A stretch of 64,000 nt of DNA from Gnetum montanum (Eukaryota; Plantae; Gnetophyta): the NCBI GenBank assembly GCA_015680685.1, contig MNCI01000412.1, positions 87,498 through 151,497 on the forward strand, written 5' to 3'. The translations under genes and the position numbers were made by a program. Position 1 is the first letter of the stretch; each line of letters opens with the position of its first letter. This document shows positions 12,661-23,408 of the stretch, in pieces. The notes beneath the pieces are model-generated. The model saw only the letters and a list, made by a program, of their open reading frames with translations. It made no database searches and was not told the DNA's origin.

Positions 12661-15410
12661 ATGGCCCCGAAACGCAGACAATAGGAAGGTCCTACTCAAG
12701 GTGGAAGCAAACGACCTAGGAGAGGCAAAGGACAAGTCCCTAATAAATAGCATGTAGAGTAGGATGAATAATCATTTAGCATTCACCAAAAGGACCTTAC
12801 TACTATACAATCAAGGTAGGAAGAAGGAGGAGCTGCGGTAGAGCCTAAACAGGGACAACATCTCACGTTGCCCCAGGATTGTGTTTAGGCTATCCATGAA
12901 AGGTCCACATTCACTATGATGATTGTGGAATTGAATTTTTAATATTTCACAAATTTTTCTCCAGAGGCTATTAGGGAGCACCTAAAAGGATCCCCATTAT
13001 GGCCTATCCTCTCTAAAAGCAATGCCTAGTACTTAGAGGAAATGTACCAATTTTGGCAAAGCAAAGAAAAAGGCACCACAGTTAACATTTGTAGTGTGAT
13101 AGTTAATTTCTCCATTCAAGACATTTCAGAAGTATTAAACCTTTTGAATACAGGGCCAAAGGTTGCTTACTTGTCTACTAGTTTAGACCCTGATGCACAA
13201 CGAGTTTGGTTGGAAAGGGCATATGGCAAGGAGGATAAAACATTTGGAGAGTTGACGATGGAGGAGAGGATCTATTTCAAAATAGGAACTTATCACCTCT
13301 TCCCCACGAAGGACTTAAAAATAATTTCAACATATGTGGCAAGAGGATGTGCAATATTGATGGGAAAGGTTAATGCTAATCTACCTCATCTATATTTTAC
13401 AGAGATCCTAAGGTGGTTTAAAAAATAGAAGATAGGGAAGCTAGCATTACCCTTCCCTTGTCTTATTGGGAAGCTATGTTGATGTGCTGGTATCAGAGGA
13501 TACACCAATGATGTCCTCCAAAAAGCCCAAAATGCTTCATATGCTAAACTACTAAAACCACCAACTGCAAGGAAAATCAGAAAAATAATAGACGGCAAGG
13601 CTAGTTGCACCAGAAAAAGAATAGATGGTAGGTCCAACTACAACTCAACTTGTAGGACCCAGCCAACTTCCAAGTATGGGACCCATCCAACAACAAGAAG
13701 TTGGGCCTAGCACAGGCTAGGATCAACCACTATTGCCACAAGATTACAGATCATCGATGAGCCATCTCAAGGCCATCGTTGAGACGGTCAATTAGGGAAG
13801 TTGTGATGATGCAAATCTCTTTCGCATCATCAATGATGCCATGAAGCCCATGGTTTCTTTGGATCATGCAAGGGGTAAAGTTTCCATCCATATAGGAAGA
13901 GGGGAGAGCACTTGATCAGAATAGATCTCAAGGAACGCTGCATCTTTTCAAGTGTAATTAGAAACTGGTGAAGGGGCCACAGTGATGGTCATGCAACACC
14001 AGGATACAACAGGAGCTATAGAGGTGGTTGTAGACCATATTAAAGAATTGTTCAATGTACCTATTGTGCCATCAATAGATCTTACAGGAGCACAGGATGC
14101 TCAAAATCTGGCGGAAACCTCAATGACTCCTACGGAGCATGAGGATGTACTTGATCAATTACTACAAATGGGGCAAGTAGTGACGTCCTTGTTTGAAATC
14201 CCTAATGATATTACAACAATTAAATCAAACCTCATTTCCACCAAGGAAAATCTGGTCTTGATAGAGATGAGGGCCGATCATGGTGAAGCGAAGGTGCAAA
14301 AATTGCAAGAAAGGCTTGTGCCCTACAAGCATCATAGTAGGACCCCTTGCAATTTCTTCCCATAGACTAGCTAGACACTTTCAAAACTGAGGAACTGAAA
14401 AAACTACTAACAGAGAATAAGAAGGTGGTAGAAGAAAAAGAGAAGGTTGTTTGGGATGCCTCTGCAGCACAAGCACAAACTTATGCATATACCAAGGTAC
14501 TCAAGGCCTTACAAGAGGAAAATAAGTAACTTGTTGCTGAAAACCTTCGGTTAACCTCTATGAAAAAGCAAAAGAATGTTCTCAAAGAACATTTTTAGCA
14601 GTTACGAGAACAACACATCTGGATAAACTAGGACATGAACCATTTAGCTAGGAAAAATTGAACCCTCTCAATGGAGGAGGTACGCACCATCTACCAGAAG
14701 ACGGCTATTGAAATAAGCGTGTGGAAGAATGAGGCTAAATGGCATGAAAAGCTAAAGGAGCAAATCTAGGACCAAGTGGGGATGTATAAATAGATCATTG
14801 AGAAGGAGATCCATATGGCCAAGGCCTACATCAATGTTATTAGTGCTCAACACACTAAATGGCAGGCCATATTGGACACATATGCATTTTTCCACCAAGT
14901 GGAAGTTAATAACCGAGACCTGCAAATCCAAGATCTTACAAAATACATGGAGTTGGCAAACCTGTGGTATACCAACCTTTCCATGTTAATAGCAGGGTGT
15001 TCAAGAATAGAGCTTGAGCAACAGGTAGCCATCACCTACATCAAATATGAAATCTTTTTTGCAAAACATAAGAAGATATTGCAAAAATTGGAGATTGCAA
15101 ATTCTGAACTTGAGGTGGTTAAAGCAAGCTATCAGGGATAAAAAGGTGTCACAATAGACTTGGCTCGATGGCTTACAGATTTTCAAGAATACAGAGACAA
15201 AGTGATAGCCTATGAAGAGGAATGGCGGGTGTTTGTAGCTTGGTATGTCAAGGTAAATAAAATGTTTCTGCAACTACCCTACCCATGGGAGGTGCTGACT
15301 CCATTAAACATAAGAACATTAGCATGGATGGCATAAGACCCCCAAAATGAAGAGCAGAAACTCCAAGTAATACTTCAAGGCCATCAAGTCCCAAGACCTG
15401 GATCACAAGA
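12661..15410 (+). pseudogene. ORF2 (env-like/extra ORF) of element C, degenerate
   Basis: MAPKRR start directly after a ttgcag acceptor; fragments 13042-13428, 13982-14365 and 14815-15141; coiled-coil-like C-terminal half; homolog at 1-440. End coordinate approximate. Confidence 0.7.
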
Positions 15411-15650
15411 CAAGGGAAAGGCACCCATAGAGGAGCTACCACCACCAGGAACTACATGAGTTCCATAAACTTTGTAGCTATAGGATTTTCTTTTGCATTC
15501 TTTGTGTTGTGTCTCAATTTTTTTCTGATTCCACACTATGGCGTAAACCCATTTTTACCAATCAATAATCCCATACCTATCCACTGTGTAATCAATGGAG
15601 CTTCTTCTCACTGTAACTCAAGGATGATTTTTCATTCAGTTGTGGGGATA

Positions 15651-16463
15651 TGATGAGTTATCATTTTGTTCACCACGATATCGTAGCCATGATATTGTGT
15701 ATGTGATATTGCAGCTTGTCTCCTCATCTATAAATAAGAGGTAGACAAATCTGGTAGGTAGTTTTTTAGACTCATTAAGTTTAAGTTTCTTTTTACATCA
15801 GTTTTCCTCTCAACCCTTCTCTCCTAGTGTATGCCCACAGTGTGGTGATTGTAATTGTATGACATCCTTATTCGATTGTGACGTACTTGGATATGCACAT
15901 GACTGGAAATAAAGATTGAGATTACTTCATCATTGTAGCATCCACTTAGCTTAATTGTTTATTTAATTATTATTTACTGGTTTCCTAGTTAATATCTCTC
16001 TACCCTTATCTCCTAGTAATGCGAAATGAGTACGACTTAATTATGAGCATTCAAGTGTGACTACTTAGTAACCCAATAGCGTACTTAGCCCATGCGCTTG
16101 GTAATCCTAGTGGTAGTCATACATGAGGTCCAAGATGTGTATGGATGATTAGGGAATGGATGCTCATCGCACTTAGGCTAGCTTAGACTCTCTCTCTCTC
16201 TCTCTCTCTCTCTCGTAGTTTAGTTGCTATTATTCTCCATTAGCCCCAAGAGTAGCATTAGTATAGGAACACATCATACACCTCAGTCTAGACTAAAGAA
16301 TACATGAAAAAGCTAATACTAGTCTAGGTGGGAACATAATAAACTGCGATCTATGAGTAACTGTCTAGAAACCACAACTAGGCCGTCTATGGAGTTCAAC
16401 CAGATCGTGCATGAAATGCTCATATTGTTATGGTTGAGTGTAGGGGTACCTCACCACTCATCA
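15651..16463 (+). repeat. 3' LTR of element C
   Basis: Copy with fewer GATATC units and a longer (CT)n tract at ~16187-16214. Confidence 0.93.
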
Positions 16464-16789
16464 AGGGGGTAGAAAGGCCATCAATAATTAGATAATATAA
16501 TTACATATTACTAAAATTATATGATGTCTTTAAATATTACTAAAATTAGATAATGTAATTATAAAATTAGATAATATAGTTAAATTAGTTTAAGAATTAG
16601 TTGTATCAGTATCAGTTGATGAATCAGTCAATGTATTAGTTAAAGATCAGTTGATGTATTAGTTGGAGAATTAGTTGAGGAAATAGAACAATCTTCAATC
16701 ATCAAGAAAAGGGTATATTAATCCATCTTGCAATCAAAATATAAGGCAAAAGCAACATGGAGACTTAAAATCTTGTTTTAACAAGGAGT

Positions 16790-17968
16790 ATGATACTCAT
16801 GAAGAGAAATGATCCAAACAAGATTCCAAGAATGAGAATGAAAGTTCCAACATACAACGTGCTCGCAAGACCCTTAGTGAGTAAGAAACAACATCTACTA
16901 TGTCCATCATGGGCTCTAGATTGACATGAATATTGATACCCATGCATCTTAGCAAAGTTAAAAGATTTGGATGCTGATGTCTTGTGCTTACAAGAAGCCT
17001 TGACATGGGAATTTATATATCAATTCCAACCAAACTTAGGAAAGATGGGATCCAAAGGTATTTATAAGAAAAAAGGTTCTCATGGAAGTTCTTCATTTGA
17101 GCCATATAGATTAGCCTATTGCACAAATCACAACATGGATGGTTATGCAATCTTTTATAATGAAGCCAAGTTTGACTTGGTATAATGATTTGAATGGAGT
17201 TTACAAAATATGATTTTTGAAATTCTAGAACTCTATGTGATGGAAAAGAAATAATGGTTAAGATTTCAGAAAAATCACATAGCCTTGCAAGTGATTCTAA
17301 AAATCCATCTATCAGGAAGATGTGTATGCATGATTAACACACATTTGATTGTCAAACCAACATGTTCAGATGTTATACTATGTTAAGGAGCATATTTGAT
17401 TAAGCAAATAGAATAAATTTTGAAGAATACGTTATTGCTAGTTATACTAATATGGTTCTATTCATTTTTTTTGTGCAGAGTTCAATGAAAATGTTAGATG
17501 TAGTGTTTATTATTTCTTAAAATATGGATCTATAAAAGAATCTTTGGAAGATGAACTTAATTTGAAGAAGATGTTTCCATCAATTCAACATGCAATTCCA
17601 TTGGAAAATGGATATTCTACTTACTTCAAATCCTTAGTAGATAACTATAATTCTAGAATTCAATAACATATCATGTTGATGGATAACACACATTGTGAAT
17701 CACAGTTTACCAATTACTCTACTATGATTAATGAAGATCGGTCAAGAACATTCTTCATTGAGACTTTGAATTATATTTGGTACAATGCCTAATTCTTTCA
17801 AGTTATCAAGTTACTAGAATTAATTTCTAAAGAAGAAGTTGATAAGAGTCAAGATCAAGCCTTTCCATCTTGAACAAGACCATCAAATCACATACCACTT
17901 ATGGTAGAATTACAATTACTCCCATTAGTTAATAAGGTTGATCAAGATCAGATAATATCTAACCCTTA
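16790..17968 (+). pseudogene. CCR4: Intronless CCR4-type deadenylase (EEP superfamily) domain captured in element B; stops and frameshifts
   Basis: Ordered motifs: TYNVLA..CPSWALD*..ADVLCLQE, GIYKKK, DGYAIFY..KF, NHIALQVIL..CMINTHL..DV, CAEFN (CGDFN), H.IPL..Y, FTNY..F.ETLNYIWY (TLDYIFY), VIKLLEL..AFPS..PSNHIPL..E (SDHI). These match the plant CCR4a/b nuclease domain end to end. Confidence 0.9.
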
Positions 17969-18389
17969 ATTTAATTGATAAATCATATTATTATATTTAT
18001 TATTTACTTTATATTTCAATTAGATTAATAAAATATCTAAGGTAATGCAAGTTGGAAATAAAGAATTTGCCCTACCTTCACTTGGATAACCAAATATGAG
18101 TTGCACATTGTGTGACCTTGGTTAGGACTAGTGATTGGTAGTTGGTAGATATTTTTCAATTCTTATCATTATCTTAGAAAATGAAGTAACTATTAAGAAA
18201 CTAATATTTAATTTTCCATATAATTATTCTCACATATATCATATTTGCAGAATAAGCAAGAAACAACTTCAAGTTTAAAGGAGAAATCAAATTACTAGAG
18301 CACTAGATCATGAAAGAAAGCATTGGAGCTAGCAAAAAATAGAAAATGTGGACCCATTTAAGGATGAATGAAACCTAAGGGGGATAGAC

Positions 18390-18961
18390 TATCACATCTC
18401 TATTCCCAAATGATGTTGCTGCCTAACGAAGATGATGCCTTTTCATAACAAGTGTTATTATTATCTTAACAATACTTGAAAGGACAATTGTAATTAAGAC
18501 CTAAAAGGACATGTTGTAATAATAGACATGTCTCTTAAGGTAAACTTTCAAGGTTTGAACTAAGGCATTTATACCTGGGGTTACATGTCATTCCAACATG
18601 GAGTGGCAAAGTTGGTATAGGCAAGTCATGGGAAGCTGGGTGAAGTGGGATAGGAAGTGAACTGGCTATCCCTTCTCGCTGGGTTATAGGCCTAACCATG
18701 GTGGTAGTGCTAGATTGCCTCTAAGGGATAGATGTCAAAGGAAGAAAAGCCCAAGGAACACTCTTAGAGCACAATCTGGATATGCTATTCCATATTAATA
18801 AAGCATTCTTTTCTTTCTTTTTCTGCATTTTTCCTATTTCCTTTATACATAATGTTGAATATCACTTATATTTCGCATTTGGTGTATTTTTATTATATGC
18901 ATAATGTCTAATATATTGTATATTTGATGTTTTCCATGACATCTAGGGATGGGATGTCACA
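18390..18961 (+). repeat. 3' LTR of element B
   Basis: 572 bp copy following the PPT. Confidence 0.93.
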
Positions 18962-19428
18962 CCTCCCTTGAAACCCTTGAGTATTGAGCACTCCCTTGCT
19001 CAATACAAGATACTTGAGATCTCCTTTTTGCATTCATCTCTACTTCACCAAACATTTCATCTTCCTTTCCTTTTTGATGGATAGAAGATATTCTACTAGT
19101 TCTTCTCAAAATATTTCCCATGTTAGTCTTGAATTTCTCCCTACCTCTTCTTAAATTTTTTGCAAAATCTTGGTTCTTGTGAACCTTTACTTTGGAATGA
19201 ACTTCTTCCATTTCAGCTACAAAAGCTTTAAATAAGTCCTTAAACTCTTGAAGCTCTTATCTAAGTTCTTCATATATATTCTTATTTAGACCCATATCTA
19301 AAGAAAAAATAATTATATACAAAATAAAGTTAAAATATATCCACAACAATGTTCTTTTCATTCAAATAAAATACCAAGCTTCAACATAAAAGTGTGAAAA
19401 CTACTAAACCTTTACTTTGATACCAATC

Positions 19429-20410
19429 TGGTGCAAAGGTTGCATTTCAATAAATTCCAATACGACCCAATCCATAACTTCTAATTAGATATAGATTAGA
19501 AAATAATAACAAGATAATAAAATAAAATAAATCTCCCTTTTATTAAGAAAATTATCAAAAATACATAGAAAATACATCAAAGATAAGGATCCAAGCTCAA
19601 CTCACAACCCTCCCAAGGATCTTAAAGGCTACACTTGTCCTCTTTTAATCCTAAATTACTTACAATGGAGCCCTAGCTTAATACAAGACACTTATAAGAT
19701 ATTCTCCTAACCTCTCTCAAGTGCTCTCTCTTTCCTCTCACAACTTCCTTACACAAGCTCTCTTCTTACAAAAGCTATCCTCCCCAAACTCTCACAAGCT
19801 TTCTCACCTATGTATGGTAGGGTTATCCTCTAAGAATGTTAAATTACATCAATATTTATAAGCAACTGGAAGATAAGAAACCTAGAAACCTTTCCTCAAC
19901 TCAACTTGATATTCTTTAGATGTTTTCCAAGTCTTCTCTCCTTCTCCCTAGCTATTTTTATCTTGCTTTGGTTATTTTCTAAATTAGAATGTATGTTTTC
20001 AAATCCTTCTCCATCCCAAATTCCACATTATAGCCTCTTTCCTTGCTGACATAGACATCTCTGGTTTTCATGTAGACATCTCCTATAAAATCCCTACTCT
20101 CAAGAGAAACATTTACTATTTTTGGTACATGTCTACTTTGGACTTGGAATGTCTACACTTTAGGGGAGACATATATCCTTCTATAGAGAGATCTATTCTA
20201 AAGGTGTCAAAAATAAAAATGTTTGTTTTGATATTGGTTTTGGATTCCTTCCAACAAGTCCCCATTGATCCTAAATCCCCATAAACCTATTAAAATAATC
20301 TCAAAACACCATAAAACATGCCAAAACATCCAAAAATCATCCCCAAAAAAATCAGCTCAGAAAGACATATAGAGTAGAACAAGGTGATTGGAAGAGGTGT
20401 TCCTACACCA
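19429..20410 (-). repeat. 5' LTR of element A
   Basis: TG...CA ends; tRNA-Met PBS adjacent on the inside. Confidence 0.88.
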
Positions 20411-20413
20411 ACA

Positions 20414-21694
20414 AATGATAAGAATTTAATTTTTGTAACTTGTTCACTCGGCTATGATGTCATCTAAATAATTACATGGAACAAGGCTTAAAAGAACACC
20501 ATACATATAATTAGTTGTGTAGTGATTCAGTTCAATGAAATCTAAGTATGTGTTTCTCAGTCTTTTAGATTCCTCTGCAATTAAGTTTAGTAGCCTTGAT
20601 CCCACAATTTTTGTCATTGACTATGGGTACCATCCAAGAAGTAAAGGATCTAGTATCCTAGTTGTTGAGAAACAAAATAATGCACTAATTTTTTTCAAGA
20701 AAATAAAAGGGGAAAGAAAACTAATGCATGGAATCCAAAATCAATTCATGGAAATAAATTTTGACAACATTACTATGCCAGCTAATAGTGAAGTCTAGAA
20801 TTCTATTTGTGGCTTCAAGATCAATGAAGGAATTTGTAAGAGGCTCATACCACTAATGAGGTAGCATAGTATCCACCAATCCATTTTTTTGTTCCTGCAA
20901 TCTCAATCGAGCAAAGTGATCCTAGATTTTTAGCAAAAGTTTGGTTTTCAATCACTATGTAATAGAGAAAGCAAAAATGATGGGTATAAAAAGAGAAAGA
21001 AACTATTCTAGTGAAAATATTTTGCCTACATGGCTGATCTAATTAATTTTCAATGTTTTTATTACCTTGAACTTGTAATCTTTTACCCAACATATTTCAG
21101 TAACTCAATAATTAGATTGTTGTAGTACTCAACCCCTTTGACATTCACCTCTCCTCTTGACTCTGTTAGTTGTAATTAGGAAATACATATTAACCAATAA
21201 AAGAAGAGAAAATGAGGGAAATTAGACTTAATGTTTTCTTATTTAATTACTTGGAATCAAGCATGATAAGGAAATTGAGAAGCAGTAAGCATCCACACCC
21301 ATTTTAGCCATCAATTTGACATCTTCTTACAGAAAATTAATTCAATGGTTTAAGCCTCAGTAGTGAAGACTATTGTAGATCAAAAAGAACCATGATGAGA
21401 AAGAAAGAGGATGAGATGATGAAAAATAACTATGTATTGATGACATTGGTCCATTGCAACATCTCCATTTTCTCCATTTACAATATTTCCTGCAAAAAAT
21501 CTAGAACAATGGGCACTAAGTTTTAAAAGAGGACATCCAAATTTTTTAATTGCATAGAATAATTAGATCATATTTCTTAAAGATAATACAAAGGTGCAAA
21601 TATGAAAATGTAATAAAAGTTTTAGACCTAGCATGTGACAAAACATGTCCCAATTGCTGGCCATTTTTCCATCCTTGAATGCTACTCCTTCATA
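20414..21694 (-). pseudogene. GH1 pseudogene, 5' exon block (six exons)
   Basis: Mostly AG/GT-bounded exons with GH1 motifs YEG..DG..WD, GDVA.D..H.Y, EDVKLM..MG.DAY.FSIS and GV.YYNNLI.ELL. The acceptor of the 76 nt exon is mutated (gtaa) and the donor of the 116 nt exon reads GC. Confidence 0.92.
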
Positions 21695-23408
21695 CTACAT
21701 TATAAGCATAAGAAAAGAAGACTAAATCAAAGTGCTTCTTGTTACTAAAACTAAAACTAAAATTTTATTACTAATGAAATTAAAACTCTATTTTCTTTTT
21801 TAAATTGAAGCTACTAAAACTAAAGTTTTGCTTTCATGAATTAAAAAATGGTGGAGAAAGAGAGAAAAAAGAATTGGGTATGGTATCTTAATTTGCTATG
21901 GTACCTTAATTGCTTTAAGTAAGCAAATTTTCATGAATTTTTCTTCAAACTATCTTAATAATTTAGCATCCAATGTATAGTGTAGTGATGAGGACACTCA
22001 TATCGTAACTAAAAGGTTATCAGTTCAATTCCTATGTGTTCTAATGCTACCTATGACAACAGTGAAGTAACCTCTCTAATAAGTGTTATACTATAAACCT
22101 AACCTACTCTACCCTACTCTACTATGTGAATATAGACCTTGAGTTTTCATACTAAAAAATGAAAACATAATTTAAGTATTTTATTATATATAATTTTGAC
22201 TACCTCACCACGTTTCACACAAATTATAAATTATTGGAATCCTACAATCCATGAAGAACCATATTCCTTTAATTTGTTGTATGTAACCAAGCCACATGAA
22301 ATGTTAAAGTCAAGAGGGATGTTCTTTTCATTATTTTGTGTAACCAAATCCTCATTTTTTTGTATTTTCTTGAATTATGCAAATAATGCGTCAGTGCATG
22401 CTCATGTAATGCATACATGGGCACATGAATGTGAGCAAATAACAAAGTGAAACATGGTCCTCTAGAATGTATTTTGTTTGCATCATTTGTCATTTTGTGC
22501 CCTCCAAAATGCCTTTAAGAAAACTTAGATAGGTAGCATCAACCCACATACATAGCTTATTCATAAGTGAAAGTAAGAACCAAATTATAGAAAGATAAAA
22601 ATTTTTACCACTATGTTACATTCTTGGGATGGTAAAGTTTTTTTAGAGTAACTCAAAAAATTTAACATTGTGGATGCCACATAAGAAATTTACAGCTTTC
22701 AATGCAACTATGTTGAGCTAAGTATAAAATTTACAAGCTATTACTCTACCCTAGGCTTGCATCACAACTAGTATGAGTTGCCTAGGCAATGGTGGAACCC
22801 TTTTCTTTTAAAATTCAGAATAAAAAATTTTTCATTCAACTTTTTAACTTAATTAGATAACATAGTGGTAGCATTACTTTTAATAAAGTAGAAGGTTTTG
22901 AGTTCAATTCTAATCTTCTAATCTTACTTTATTTTTCAAGTGTTTTCCATTGTTTACATTTCATTGTTTGATTATTTGTTCTTTGAAGATTTTTGCAAAA
23001 TTTTTATGTCTAATTTAGTGTTCTATGATTTTTTATTTTTTTATTTTTTTTGTAATGTACACCAATCAAAGAATTTTTGGAATGTAACACTCATACCCAC
23101 CAAACACATGTATGGCATGATTTGGTCAATATATAACTAAACCCTTTGCAATTTGATTTCACAGTCTAAGTAATAGTCAATGAGATGGCCATAATGTGAA
23201 ATTGATTTAGTTGTTTGGAGTCTTATTTGAGTTAATTAGACATAGATAATAAGATCCAAACTGATTTTTCTTCCATCATAGCACTATAACCTAGTTTAAT
23301 TTTACTATTTTATGCATTAAATTTTTATTGTTCTTATAGCATATTGTTAATATTTCCATCACATTTTAATTACTTGTTGGAATAAGTGCAACCTAATATC
23401 AAGAGTAA

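Larger units (their letters stand above)
7745..16463 (+). mobile_element. Element C: Athila-like Ty3/Gypsy element lacking pol (gag plus ORF2), nested in B
   Basis: LTRs 7745-8582 and 15651-16463 (TGATGAG...CTCATCA); PBS tggtgttgtttctggggat is a CpG-decayed form of the Athila tRNA-Asp PBS TGGCGCCGTTGCCGGGGA; Athila-type agttgtggggata before the 3' LTR; both flanks read AGGGGG. Confidence 0.92.
5425..18961 (+). mobile_element. Element B: non-autonomous LTR retrotransposon (Tekay/Del-like ends) carrying a CCR4-like gene
   Basis: LTRs 5425-5996 and 18390-18961 (tgttaca/tatcaca...tgtcaca); PBS TGGTATCAAAGC 5999-6010; PPT aagggggatag ~18377-18388; perfect TSD CCTCC at 5420-5424 and 18962-18966; no RT/INT found. 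The Tekay assignment rests on end motifs only. Confidence 0.93.
4404..19295 (-). pseudogene. Single ~450-codon degenerate ORF of element A (19295-18967 joined to 5424-4404), unknown product
   Basis: ORFs 18957-19211, 4989-5285 and 4404-4970 fall in one frame once B and one TSD copy are removed; ATG at 19295. Charged helical N-terminus, acidic middle, Lys/Arg-rich end; no gag/pol motif recognised. Confidence 0.6.
3204..20413 (-). mobile_element. Element A: small non-autonomous LTR retrotransposon (~3.7 kb without nested B), tRNA-Met PBS
   Basis: Direct repeats ~3205-4161 and ~19429-20410; minus-strand PBS TGGTATCAAAG at 19415-19425; PPT (aagggtgagagag) at ~4163-4176; the internal halves rejoin in frame across B. 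Candidate imperfect TSD AGTGA/AATGA; termini are ambiguous by a few bp. Confidence 0.85.
1460..21694 (-). pseudogene. BGLU: Glycoside hydrolase family 1 (beta-glucosidase) pseudogene, interrupted by nested retrotransposons
   Basis: Exons read by hand: 21694-21628 YEGVAFKDGKMASNWDMFCHM; 21489-21431 GNIVNGENGDVAMDQCHQY; 21326-21251 EDVKLMAKMGVDAYCFSISLSCLIP; 21162-21091 RGEVNVKGVEYYNNLIIELL; 20894-20779 WYEPLTNSFIDLEATNRILDFTISW; 20657-~20414 ILDPLLLGWYP*SMTKIVGSRL..DFIELNHYTT; 3098-2984 ..YINQRYNYLDIYIIKN; 2879-2777 RVGYHQEYLRQLRKAMR; 1673-1460 VKGYFSWSLMDEFEFKYGYTF*YGLVYMD. Exon sizes (59, 76, 116 nt) are typical of plant GH1. Stops and broken splice sites are present; exon 1 was not located. 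Confidence 0.93.

Noticed and set aside
16790-17968. LINE ORF2 AP-endonuclease as the source of the EEP domain
   Set aside because: The motifs (CPSWAL, NTHL, FTNY, LLEL..P) are CCR4-specific and no LINE RT follows.
20535-20798. Plus-strand 87 aa ORF
   Set aside because: Shadow of a minus-strand GH1 exon and intron.
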